DNA of 64,000 bases from NCBI GenBank assembly GCA_963793265.1, contig CAWBZI010000006.1, positions 320,001-384,000 on the forward strand, read 5' to 3'. A program made the position numbers and the translations under genes. The stretch comes from an uncultured cyanobacterium (lineage in GTDB: Bacteria; Cyanobacteriota; Cyanobacteriia; Phormidesmidales; Phormidesmidaceae). Positions 48,489-58,472 of the stretch are shown here, in pieces. The notes beneath the pieces were generated by a model that worked only from the letters and a program-made list of their open reading frames with translations, made no database searches and was not told where the DNA came from. Every line of letters starts with the position of its first letter. The stretch's first letter is position 1.

Positions 48489-51400
48489 TCAGCCGCCTCT
48501 ACCCTTGGCCAGCGTCTCTCCATTCAGCATTCGCTGCGCCGCATCTAGCAGCGCCTCCTCCAAATAAGGCTTCGTAAAGTAGCCGCTCGCCCCCAAGTCC
48601 ACCGCCATCTGCCGATGACGATCCGCCCCACGCGAAGTCAGCATCGCAATCGGAATACTGCTCAAATGATTGTCCTTCTGCATCCGCGAAAGCAGCTCTA
48701 GTCCATCCATCCTCGGCATTTCAATATCACAGAACACCAAATCGCAAGGCAACCCCGAACGCAGCTTATCCCAGGCTTCTTGCCCATCTCGCGCCTGCTC
48801 CACCCGATAGCCCACTTTGTTAAAGCTCATCGAAAGCAGCTCGCGCACCGTAATCGAGTCATCCACAATCAGCACAGTCGGATCGTTCTTCACCGGAGCC
48901 TCTTCCATCGCCTTAGCCGCATCTTGCGCCCAAGTCATCGAAGCCGAATCACGACGAATTCGGCCCATCGCAATATCAATCAGCTCCAGCACGTCAGCAA
49001 TCGGCATCACCCGCCCATCACCCAGCACCGTCGCGCCTGCGATTCCCAGCGGCTTAGGCACCGGCCCCTCAAGCTGCTTAATCACAATCTCCTGCTCACC
49101 AATCACCTGGTCAACCTGAACGGCGATGTAAGTGTTTGCGCTTCTGAGCACGATAATCGAGAGCACGTCATCATCCTGACTGCCACCATACACACGGCTT
49201 CGCCCTAACGTTCTGTTGAACTTCAAGAGATTAGTAACCGGCTGGAAAGGAAGTAACGTATCGCGCCATTTTACGCAGTCTTGATCCTGTTCGTTTTTGA
49301 CAATGCGATCGCGAGGTACATCCAACATATCCTCCACCCCATCCATCGGGAAAGCAATCCGCGCCTGATTACTCACACAGCTTAGCGCCTTAGAAATACT
49401 CAGCGTCAGCGGCAACCGAATCGTAAAGCTAGTCCCCTTCCCCATCTCAGAATCAATCGTGACGCTGCCGCGAATATCCGCCAGCGACGTTCTCACCACG
49501 TCCATTCCCACGCCGCGCCCGGCAAAGTCGTCAGCCTGATCTCGCGTACTAAAGCCTGGATGAAACAACAGCTCATAAGTCTCTAGGTCAGAGAGATCTG
49601 CCGCTTCAGCTTCACCGATCAGGTTCTTCTCAATCGCCTTGCGCTTTACAAACTCAGTATTTATGCCGCCACCGTCATCAGCGACATAAATTACCGTTTG
49701 GTTACCCTGATAAAACGCTCTGACCGTGATCGAGCCCTCGGGCAATTTTCCCGCTTTCTTTCTCTCTTCTGGCGGCTCAATGCCGTGAGTAATCGCATTG
49801 TTAACCAAATGCGTAAGCGGATCGTACAGGTGCTCTACAATCATCTTATCGATCAGCGTATCTTGCCCTTCAACAATCAATCGAGCTTCCTTACCACACT
49901 TCAAAGAAATATCGCGCACCGCCCGAGGGAGTCGGTCAGCCGCCTGAGAAAAAGCCACCATTCGAGCGGTGTTTAAGCCCTCCTGTAGCTGAGTCGTAAT
50001 CTGGCGAAACTGGCGCGTCACCTGATCAGAAGATTCCACCGTGTAGCCAATGTCAGAAGAAGACTCTCGCACTCTTACAATCAGCTCAATCATCTCTTGT
50101 GAGAGCGTATGAAAGCCAGTGAAGCGATCCATCTCTAAAGCATCAAAGGTTTCACCTGTAGCATGGTCTTCAAAGGCTGTAGGATCAGCCTGTTGTGCAT
50201 TAGCCGAATCGTGAGCCCGACGGTTTGACATCAAAGAGCTTTCTAGTAGCGATCGCTCATACAAGTCCCGCATCCTCTGGCCCACATCATTAAGCTGCTG
50301 CACCTGAAACAGTAGGTTGTCTAAAAACTGTCTCAGTCGTTCTTGGTCACGTTCTAGCGTGTTTCGGCTCACTACTAGCTCGCCTACTAAGTTGCTCAGC
50401 GTGTCCAAATGCTTCACAGAAACTCGCATGTTCTGCTCACGCACGCCGCCGCTGCTGCGTCTTTGCACCGCTCTTTGAGGCGATCGCCGCTGAGTTTCAG
50501 CCAAAGGCGCACCCCCACCTTCATCAGGCCCGTCTTCCAATAGCTTCTCTAAATCACCAAAATCCTCTTCTTCGTGACTCTCTTCGCTAGAACTATTCGA
50601 GGTTCTTAAACCACCTACAAAAGTAGGCATATCGTCTGTATCAGGCTCACTGCTATCGTCTTCTTCGGCCAGCAGTGAATCAAGATTATCAAAGTCATCA
50701 CCGTCGCTGCTTTCTTCAGCTAGCAGCGAGTCGAGATCACCAAAATTATCGGCAGGCGGTATGGGAATAGCGATTGCCTCAGGTTGAGGAAGATCGAATT
50801 GCAGCGGCTCATCATCTATGGCTGCCAGCTCATCTTCTGTTAAGAACCCATCTAGCGCTTCATCTGAATCATCTTCTATCTCCGCAACAGCAGCTATGTC
50901 AGTTTTGATGTCATCGGCCCGGTCGCCATCTAACGAGTCAAAATCCAACAGATCGTCTATTTCTAGATCATTGATGTCTAAAGCATCTATTTCAGAAGTG
51001 TCAATTGCGACTTCTTGACTAAGCGCATCATCCAGATCATCGCTGAGATTATCAGCCACAGCATCTTCAATATCATCAGTGAACAGAATATCGTTTACAG
51101 GCTCAGACGCACTGGCCGGTACTTCATCTGATTCAAACTCACTGGCGTCCAAAAATAATCCATCGCTGGCATCTTCGCTTGAGTCAGCAACAGAACTTTC
51201 TAACAACTCATCTAATGCCTCTTCGCCACCAAATGCCGTTTCAAAGTCAGCTAAAATTTCCGCTGACAGCTCATCTCCAGAAACGTCAAAGCCCTCCAAA
51301 GCGTTTGAGCTGTCCTCTACACTCGCTATCTCTGCATCAGGCATCGATAAAACGTCTTCAATTTCTTCACTATCTTCTGTAGTCTCGCTCATCAGATTCA

Positions 51401-54032
51401 GCGTTAAATCGGAGGACTCCTCTTCGTTTTTTTCGCTGTCAGCTTCTTCAAAATAAAGACTCTCAGAATCAGCTTCTTCAGAGTTTTCTTCTTCTGGCAG
51501 CGATACTAAATCGCCCCATAGCTCATCTGTATCTAAGTCAAAACTAGAAGATGAATCAAAGCCTATCTCTGGTGAGTCTGATTTTGTTTCATGGCTAACC
51601 TCTTCAGAAACTTCGAGTAGTTCATCTAGCTCAGAACCGGCCTGTTCAACATCTAAGCCGACATCAAATGAAGCTGACCGCTCAGAGCCTAAAAAGACAG
51701 CCTCTAAATCTATATCATCGGTACTTGACTGTGGTTCGCTCGTCGTTGACCATTCCAGCCCAGATAAATTGTCTTCGTTCTGATTGACAGTATCATCTAT
51801 GCCCGTCAGCGTAGACTCTACAGCAAGCTCCCCCCAAGGGTCATCGGCAAGCTGTTCTCCAGATTGCAATTCAGAACCTGCTTCTGACTCAAGAAAGTCT
51901 TCATCTATCGCTTCCTCAAACGCGTCAAATGTAGGCGTTTCGCCTGCTTTGTTGTTTGTTTTGCCAGTAGGTTGATCAGAATCTTCTGGCTCAGTGTCCA
52001 AAAAGAAACTATCGATGGCTTCTTCCGCTTCAAGAAGCTGAACGCCTGTCAGCGTAGGAAACTCAATATCTAGTTCACGAGGCGCAGCTTTTTGCGAAAC
52101 GGCTGGCTCGCGAACGATAGGCGTTTCTAACTGATCTACGTTAGAACTCTCTAAATTTTCACTATCTTCTGTATCAAAATCTATTCCTGCGCTTGTTTCT
52201 AATTCTTCCGATGTGTCCGCTGGTGCCTCTAGTAATTCATCAACGCTACCGCCGAACAGCTCATCGTTACTGTCTTCTTCCCACAAGTCTTCAGAGAGTG
52301 CAGCCATATCAGCAGCCATATCAACGGCCATTGCTTCAGGTGCGGTATCTTCCTCTACTGAGCTGTCTAAAACGTCTATGTCTGAAATGTCTAAGTTTAA
52401 GGAGTCTAAAGAGAAATCATCTAGGCTCGCCTCGTCGGCGATCGCAAATTCCTCATCAGTCAACGTCCCACCGAACAAATCATCATCCACCTCACCGTCA
52501 ACAGCGACTTCTGGAAGCGCTACGGCTGAGTCTGTGGCCAACAAGTCAGTCAGATCGCCCTCTGTTGACATGTCAATTTTTTCAGGATGAAGCTGCATTT
52601 CTTCTGAGATGAAAGCATGTCCGCCTAAGGTATTATCCAGCTCATCCAAATCGCCATCGAATAGATCAGCCAGGCTATTTAGCTCTTCCGTGCCTACATC
52701 AGGCCCAGTCACATTCACAGTCGCCAGTAGTGCATCTAGCGATTCGTCTGCTTTCTCGCTCTTACTATCGCTACGGTTTAGCGTCGAAAGTTCCGAAGGA
52801 ATTTCATCAAAGTCCAGATCCAGGCTCAGCCGACTGATATCATCCTCTATCTCTAAATCATCTGTCGTCTGCGTATCTGTTGTATCTATTCCACCTTTAG
52901 AATCAGCCTCAGAACCACTGTCAAAATCAAGTTCTGTGTGATCCGATTCACTTTCAAATAAGCCGTCGAAGTCGTCTTCAGCATCCGTATCTGCAAAACT
53001 ATCCTCTGCCGCTGAACCAAGTCCTTCTAAGCTCAGCGCTTCTAAACTAGCTGCTGACTCAGCAGGCGGCAGATCCGGCTCATCTGAAAACAAGCCATCT
53101 AGCTCACCTGCACTCTCCGCATTCTCTGGTGACTCAAAATCTTCATCCAGTTCGCTCAGGCTAGCTTCTAACCCGCTTTCAAAGTCCAACTCGTCTAAAC
53201 CTGCAGGCCCCGTATCAGCTAAATCATTAGCTAGCACGTCTTCTGGCAATAAAGCCTGCATTGCTTCTGATACAGCAACTTCCGAAGCTCTACCTGAGAG
53301 TACTAAGCCCTGAGCCTTCTTAATATCTTTGATCAGCACAGGTGCGAGCGAACGATAGTCATTGCTCGTACTCGCAGAGGCAAGCCGCGCTGTTTCTATC
53401 AAATCGCACCAAGCGTCTAGCTCAAACTGCTCCCCGAGGGCAAACAACTGAGTACAGATATTCTGAATTTTCTTTCTGGTTTCAGCATTATCAGCTTGCT
53501 TAAAAGCTGCCAGCATTTGCCGCAACAAAGCGGCTACGTCCTGCTTAAATGTGGCTTGCAAAGCTTCAGGCGAATGACTAGCCGTAGGCCGATCGGCCTT
53601 GCTACCCGCTTTGCTGACAAGTGAATTGAGGTGCGACTCCAATCGCTCAAAAACCGGCTCAACATCAGCCATAATTTCTTGAGCTTTGTCCTGCGTCAGA
53701 CCAAACGGGCCTTCTAGCTGCTCCAGCAAATCTTTAAGACCATCAGAAGTTCTTAGAAACATCGTTTCTAAAGTGCGATCTACCGTCACAGGAGCCTCTT
53801 TTAAGACCTTGAAGTAGTCCTCCATGCGGTGAGCTATCTGCTGGATGCTATCTAAGCCCAGCATAGCTGCCCCGCCTTTGACAGAGTGGGCCGCTCTAAA
53901 GACTTCGTTGGCTTTTTCAGAGTCTTCAATCGTGGCCTGAAGACTGAGCAACCCCTGTTCAATTGTGTTGAGGTGGTCTTTGGCCTCCTCAATAAAATAT
54001 CCCATGATGCGCTGTTGTTGCTCAGGCAGCAT
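48489..54032 (-). CDS. CheA-like hybrid kinase (HmpE/PilL type) with C-terminal receiver
   Basis: Hpt FRAAHSVKGGA, long acidic linker, HLVNNAITHGIE, GRGVGMDVV, CheW domain, receiver (IVDDS, CDIEMP, TKP). Confidence 0.93.
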   Translation of the reverse strand: MLPEQQQRIMGYFIEEAKDHLNTIEQGLLSLQATIEDSEKANEVFRAAHSVKGGAAMLGLDSIQQIAHRMEDYFKVLKEAPVTVDRTLETMFLRTSDGLKDLLEQLEGPFGLTQDKAQEIMADVEPVFERLESHLNSLVSKAGSKADRPTASHSPEALQATFKQDVAALLRQMLAAFKQADNAETRKKIQNICTQLFALGEQFELDAWCDLIETARLASASTSNDYRSLAPVLIKDIKKAQGLVLSGRASEVAVSEAMQALLPEDVLANDLADTGPAGLDELDFESGLEASLSELDEDFESPENAESAGELDGLFSDEPDLPPAESAASLEALSLEGLGSAAEDSFADTDAEDDFDGLFESESDHTELDFDSGSEADSKGGIDTTDTQTTDDLEIEDDISRLSLDLDFDEIPSELSTLNRSDSKSEKADESLDALLATVNVTGPDVGTEELNSLADLFDGDLDELDNTLGGHAFISEEMQLHPEKIDMSTEGDLTDLLATDSAVALPEVAVDGEVDDDLFGGTLTDEEFAIADEASLDDFSLDSLNLDISDIDVLDSSVEEDTAPEAMAVDMAADMAALSEDLWEEDSNDELFGGSVDELLEAPADTSEELETSAGIDFDTEDSENLESSNVDQLETPIVREPAVSQKAAPRELDIEFPTLTGVQLLEAEEAIDSFFLDTEPEDSDQPTGKTNNKAGETPTFDAFEEAIDEDFLESEAGSELQSGEQLADDPWGELAVESTLTGIDDTVNQNEDNLSGLEWSTTSEPQSSTDDIDLEAVFLGSERSASFDVGLDVEQAGSELDELLEVSEEVSHETKSDSPEIGFDSSSSFDLDTDELWGDLVSLPEEENSEEADSESLYFEEADSEKNEEESSDLTLNLMSETTEDSEEIEDVLSMPDAEIASVEDSSNALEGFDVSGDELSAEILADFETAFGGEEALDELLESSVADSSEDASDGLFLDASEFESDEVPASASEPVNDILFTDDIEDAVADNLSDDLDDALSQEVAIDTSEIDALDINDLEIDDLLDFDSLDGDRADDIKTDIAAVAEIEDDSDEALDGFLTEDELAAIDDEPLQFDLPQPEAIAIPIPPADNFGDLDSLLAEESSDGDDFDNLDSLLAEEDDSSEPDTDDMPTFVGGLRTSNSSSEESHEEEDFGDLEKLLEDGPDEGGGAPLAETQRRSPQRAVQRRSSGGVREQNMRVSVKHLDTLSNLVGELVVSRNTLERDQERLRQFLDNLLFQVQQLNDVGQRMRDLYERSLLESSLMSNRRAHDSANAQQADPTAFEDHATGETFDALEMDRFTGFHTLSQEMIELIVRVRESSSDIGYTVESSDQVTRQFRQITTQLQEGLNTARMVAFSQAADRLPRAVRDISLKCGKEARLIVEGQDTLIDKMIVEHLYDPLTHLVNNAITHGIEPPEERKKAGKLPEGSITVRAFYQGNQTVIYVADDGGGINTEFVKRKAIEKNLIGEAEAADLSDLETYELLFHPGFSTRDQADDFAGRGVGMDVVRTSLADIRGSVTIDSEMGKGTSFTIRLPLTLSISKALSCVSNQARIAFPMDGVEDMLDVPRDRIVKNEQDQDCVKWRDTLLPFQPVTNLLKFNRTLGRSRVYGGSQDDDVLSIIVLRSANTYIAVQVDQVIGEQEIVIKQLEGPVPKPLGIAGATVLGDGRVMPIADVLELIDIAMGRIRRDSASMTWAQDAAKAMEEAPVKNDPTVLIVDDSITVRELLSMSFNKVGYRVEQARDGQEAWDKLRSGLPCDLVFCDIEMPRMDGLELLSRMQKDNHLSSIPIAMLTSRGADRHRQMAVDLGASGYFTKPYLEEALLDAAQRMLNGETLAKGRGG

Positions 54033-54179
54033 AGCCGCTTTCTCCCTTATTGCGATGGCACTGATAATAGGCTACTTTGTGATACTCGCAACCTGATTTT
54101 TTGTCTTCTGACGTTTGGTACTTTGACTTTTTGCACAATGGCTGTGCTCGAAAGGGATATGCCTGTAAGTAGCGATCGC

Positions 54180-57047
54180 TCACTTTTCACCCTTTTTATT
54201 GACCTTAAACTTATCAACCGAAGTCAATAAATCCTTAGCAACCCCAACCAGGTTCTGCAATGAACCCGATACCCGCTGCGACTCCTGCGAGGTTTCCTGC
54301 GCGGTCAGCTCAACCGACTGCATCACCTGAGCAACCGCCCGAGAGGTTTCAGTTTGCTCAACGGTATCTGCTGTAATAGAGCGCACCAGCACATCAATTC
54401 GATTAGAAACGTGAATAATATCGTCTAATGACTGTTTTGCCTGCTCAGCTAGTCTGGTTCCCTCAATAACTTGCTGAGTGCCCTCCTCCATAGCCGTCAT
54501 TACCCCGCCCGTCTCGCCCTGAATTTGCAGCACGATCTGCTCAATTTCTTTAGAGGCTTTGGCCGCCCTATCGGCAAGCTGTCTCACCTCATCAGCCACA
54601 ATCGCAAAGCCGCGTCCGGCCTCACCAGCTCTAGCCGCCTCAATACTAGCGTTTAGCGCCAGCAAGTTTGTCCGCGAAGCAATCTGCGAAATCAACGCCA
54701 CAATCTTAGAGATTTCTTGAGAAGATTCGGCTAACCGCTTCACCTTACGGGTGGTATCCGCCACCGTTTCTCGAATGTCCAGGATGCCAGCCACCGTCCT
54801 TTCTACAGCCTCTCCCCCTCGCAGCGCGGTTTCAGACGCCGAACGAGCCACTTCCTCTGCCTCGCGAGCACTTTCGGCCACACGCTGAATAGAGTCAGTC
54901 ATCACCTGCACAGAGTTCAGCGTCACCGCTAATTCTTCCGCCTGACGCAGCGCATCTGCTGAGAGCGCTCTAGCAAAGGCTTCATTCTCTGTCGATCCCT
55001 GGCTCACCTGTCGGGCCGCTACGCTTACCTGCTTTACGATTTCGCGCAGATTCTCAATCGTCAGGTTAAACGAGTCGGCAACAGCACCCAAAACGTCAGC
55101 CGTCACTTCCGCTTTCACGGTCAAATCGCCTCTGGCCGCACCTTCTACGTCATCTAGTAGACGAATCACCTGGCGCTGCAAGTCTTCTTTAGCCTGCTCT
55201 TGCTCTTGAGCCTTGCGCTGCGCTTCATTCGTGGTAGTGAAAATAGAACTCGCCATCTGGTTGAACCCTTCGGAGAGCTGGCCAAATTCGTCGCGGGTGA
55301 GAATGGTGGCCCTAGCGTTCAGGTCGCCCCTAGAAATTTGATTAAACCGAATTTGCAAGTCGTTAACGGTTTGACGAGTGCGTCGCTCCAATAAGTAGCC
55401 CAGGCCAAGGGCACTGCCAAAGCTGACAACGCCAGCAGCAGCACCCGTGGCGAGGGGATAGGTTTTTGACTGTTGGGGTGGGGACATTACGAAGCCCATT
55501 GCGGTGAGAGCGATCGCAGAAATCGTGCCGACCGAGCCCGCCAGCATCAGCCGCTTAGTCGGCATCGAAGCATTTTCTATCGGCGCAAGCGCTCCCTGCT
55601 TACGAGGCTTAGGATTGCTCACCGCCTTTTTATTAAACACGGGCATCGCAGACGCCTGAGCCACATCAAACCCGCTGGATTCTGCTAGTTCTGAGTCAGC
55701 TTCGGACATCGCACTGCCAAACTGACTGGGCATAGCCCCAATAGAAGGGCTCGTAAAGCCAGCAGAGCTATCTGAGAGATCAAAGTCGGGGATGCTCTCA
55801 AAGTCGTCAAAGTCATCAAACGCATCGCCAAAGGCAGTGGGCTCTGCATGGCTATCTAACGCACCATCGTCATCGGCAACTTCAAAATTATTAGCCCCAA
55901 AGTTATCATCTCCGAACGCATTACTATCATCAAAGCTCAAGGTCGGATCAGAAGTCTCTGCGGCAGCAAAGCCTTGCGACGCCTCCTCAGGCTCCACCAT
56001 AAATAAAGTCTTATCTTCTACGTCTGCCTCAGACATGGGCTCAAAAGACAAGTCGGCAAACGCCTCACTATCGTCCTCTGGAAAAGACTCAAAGCTATCC
56101 TCTGGCTTGTAGCTATTTTTAGCAGCAGCACTAGCTGCCGGGCTCATAGGCTGAGCAACCGGCTGGCTACCGACCGCGCCACTGGTGCCAAACGCCTCAT
56201 CAAATTCGGCCATATCGAAGCCACCAGTAGCATCATTACTGAAGGTCGTTACGCCACCGTCGTCGCTTGAGTCATCAGCCATGTTGAAGCTAAACGGATC
56301 GTCTTCTAGCGTGGCAACTAGCGGATCTGCCTCACCTAGATCTTCAGTTACGAGGTCTTCAGTTGCCAGATCCTCGGTGACAAAGCTGCTGACGCTAAAA
56401 GGATTATCGCCTTCGTCTTCATCTATTGCAGGAGATTCAGCATTGCTAGATGAAACCGCAAACGGGTTATCAGGCTCATCAAAATCGCTATCTGAAGCCG
56501 CTGAGTCGTCTGTGGGACTATCTGAGGTAAGCCCAGTCGAAAAATCACCAGATGAAAAATCGTCGAACGCTTCTAGCTCATCATGAGTTTCAGTTTCGGT
56601 AGAGCCTGACCAGGCAGCTACGTTTGCCCCATCAGCATTTGCTGGCTCATTTGCTGTCTCAAAGGCATCTACCGAGTCAAAAGCATCTACCGCATCAAAA
56701 TTATCAGCGGCTTCTGAGAGTCCGTCGTCAAATTCATCTGGCATAGGCGAAGATACTTCTGTAAATTCGCCAGCAGCCTCTGCGGCATAGGCCAAACCAT
56801 TATTGGCATAGTCTACAAACTCTGGGTCGGAAGAAAGGTGCAATACAGATTTGTACTGCTGTTGAGCAACCTCATACTGCTGCAACCCGTAGCAGTAGAT
56901 GTGCCCTTTGAGCAGCAATACGCTGGGGTCTGTAGGATATTCGTCAGCGAGCTGATTGATCGCATCTGCTGCCTCCTCATAGCTCCCTTGCATGTAGGCT
57001 TTTTCTGCCGCCTGATAGGATTGTGCGTAGTCAGTGCCCGATGCCAT
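54180..57047 (-). CDS. Methyl-accepting chemotaxis protein (HmpD/PilJ type) with N-terminal TPR
   Basis: TPR-like N-terminus, two TMs, [35 protein letters not shown]. Confidence 0.94.
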   Translation of the reverse strand: MASGTDYAQSYQAAEKAYMQGSYEEAADAINQLADEYPTDPSVLLLKGHIYCYGLQQYEVAQQQYKSVLHLSSDPEFVDYANNGLAYAAEAAGEFTEVSSPMPDEFDDGLSEAADNFDAVDAFDSVDAFETANEPANADGANVAAWSGSTETETHDELEAFDDFSSGDFSTGLTSDSPTDDSAASDSDFDEPDNPFAVSSSNAESPAIDEDEGDNPFSVSSFVTEDLATEDLVTEDLGEADPLVATLEDDPFSFNMADDSSDDGGVTTFSNDATGGFDMAEFDEAFGTSGAVGSQPVAQPMSPAASAAAKNSYKPEDSFESFPEDDSEAFADLSFEPMSEADVEDKTLFMVEPEEASQGFAAAETSDPTLSFDDSNAFGDDNFGANNFEVADDDGALDSHAEPTAFGDAFDDFDDFESIPDFDLSDSSAGFTSPSIGAMPSQFGSAMSEADSELAESSGFDVAQASAMPVFNKKAVSNPKPRKQGALAPIENASMPTKRLMLAGSVGTISAIALTAMGFVMSPPQQSKTYPLATGAAAGVVSFGSALGLGYLLERRTRQTVNDLQIRFNQISRGDLNARATILTRDEFGQLSEGFNQMASSIFTTTNEAQRKAQEQEQAKEDLQRQVIRLLDDVEGAARGDLTVKAEVTADVLGAVADSFNLTIENLREIVKQVSVAARQVSQGSTENEAFARALSADALRQAEELAVTLNSVQVMTDSIQRVAESAREAEEVARSASETALRGGEAVERTVAGILDIRETVADTTRKVKRLAESSQEISKIVALISQIASRTNLLALNASIEAARAGEAGRGFAIVADEVRQLADRAAKASKEIEQIVLQIQGETGGVMTAMEEGTQQVIEGTRLAEQAKQSLDDIIHVSNRIDVLVRSITADTVEQTETSRAVAQVMQSVELTAQETSQESQRVSGSLQNLVGVAKDLLTSVDKFKVNKKGEK

Positions 57048-57142
57048 GGTTCCTTTTCCTCTTGCCGATCCGATGCTTGATGTGTGAATTGCCTAAATGT
57101 CTTGTTGGGTTGTCTTTAGTTAAAGTGGGTAAAGTTTTAGGG

Positions 57143-57688
57143 CTAGGCAACCCAGCGCGCCGAGCGCAGAATAGCGATATGATCTAACAGCTTTAGCGAC
57201 TTTCCTACCCCCGGCGGCGCATCATCTGATGTGAGTGGCCACTCCCCTTTCAAAAAAGGAGCCATCACATCAGAAGGGTCGGCGGTTGCTTTTAGCGCGT
57301 CAATATCTAACCAGTCGGTGCCGACGATCTGGTTAACGGCTAAGCCCAGCATCGTACCAGCTTCTTCTACCGCAATCACCGGAATCTCCGCACGGTCAGT
57401 ATTCATCGGTACCGAATAGCCTAAAAACTGACCTAAATCAGCAACCCAAATAACGCGGCCCTGCTCGTTGAGCGTGCCTAATAGCAAAGGCGATACGTTA
57501 GGAACCGGCGTGATGTGATCAGGCGCATGTTCAATAATGCGGCGAATGCCCGTAGCCGGAAGGGCAAATTCCTCATCGTCAGTCATAAAAAAACGCAGGT
57601 GAAGTTCACCTTCTGGCGTTTCAATTTCCTGAAGTTCAGGAGCCTGATCGCGTCCTGATATTGTTTGAAAGTCGGGGTTTCCTACCAT
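57143..57688 (-). CDS. CheW-like coupling protein (HmpC/PilI type)
   Basis: ITPVPNVSPLLLGTLNEQGRVIWVADLGQFLG. Confidence 0.92.
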   Translation of the reverse strand: MVGNPDFQTISGRDQAPELQEIETPEGELHLRFFMTDDEEFALPATGIRRIIEHAPDHITPVPNVSPLLLGTLNEQGRVIWVADLGQFLGYSVPMNTDRAEIPVIAVEEAGTMLGLAVNQIVGTDWLDIDALKATADPSDVMAPFLKGEWPLTSDDAPPGVGKSLKLLDHIAILRSARWVA

Positions 57689-57716
57689 GGCACTCTTTTC
57701 CTAACGTTTTTTGGGC

Positions 57717-58082
57717 TTATCCCAGTAACAGTTGTTTGACAGTGCCCACTAGCTCTGTAGGCTGAAAGGGCTTAGCAATGTAGGCGTCGGCCCCTTGCTT
57801 CATGCCCCAATAGCGGTCAAATTCTTCCCCCTTAGAAGAGCACAGCACCACGGGAAGATCTCTGGTGGCGACGTTTGACTTGATCCGGCGGCACACCTCG
57901 TATCCGTTCATCTTGGGCATGACAATATCGAGGAGTACCAGATCAGGCACGTTTCCTTGAATAAACCTCAGCGCCTCAATACCGTCACTAACAGCGGTGA
58001 CGGTTAGCCCGCTCCCTTCGAGCAGACCTTTAATCATTTCTCGCTGGGCGACGCTGTCTTCGACGACCAAAACTGTGCTCAT
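57717..58082 (-). CDS. CheY-like response regulator (HmpB/PilH type)
   Basis: VEDS, LDIVMP, DRYWGMKQGADAYIAKPF. Confidence 0.93.
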   Translation of the reverse strand: MSTVLVVEDSVAQREMIKGLLEGSGLTVTAVSDGIEALRFIQGNVPDLVLLDIVMPKMNGYEVCRRIKSNVATRDLPVVLCSSKGEEFDRYWGMKQGADAYIAKPFQPTELVGTVKQLLLG

Positions 58083-58472
58083 AATCTCTACAACCTGTGA
58101 CCCTATGAGCTGCCCAGTTGCGGTCAGCTATATATAAGGCGTTGGGGGCTACTCAGCAAAATTAACTGTTGCGTTAACTGGCTCAAGCATTCCCTGAGAA
58201 ATAGAGAATAGCGCACTTTTGAGCGGTAGCCCTTTTAAGAACACTTTGCGCTACAGGTGTCTGCTATGTAATCAAAGTACCCTGGCTAGTTTTATTTGTT
58301 AAACATTAATTGATAAATGCCGCATTGTTAGCTCATGGGCCGGTTTACAAAGCGCGCTTGTGGGCATATTGAGTGGGCATATTAAGAGCCCCACTAAGCC
58401 TTGTGCCCATCGGGCTTTGGGTAAGAACTGAGCCTTGGGTTAAGGGCCTGCATAAATAGAGGAAACGCCAGC

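Noticed and set aside
50818..56586. Ser-rich plus-strand ORFs opposite cheA and the MCP
   Set aside because: Antisense shadows of Asp/Glu-rich coding sequence.
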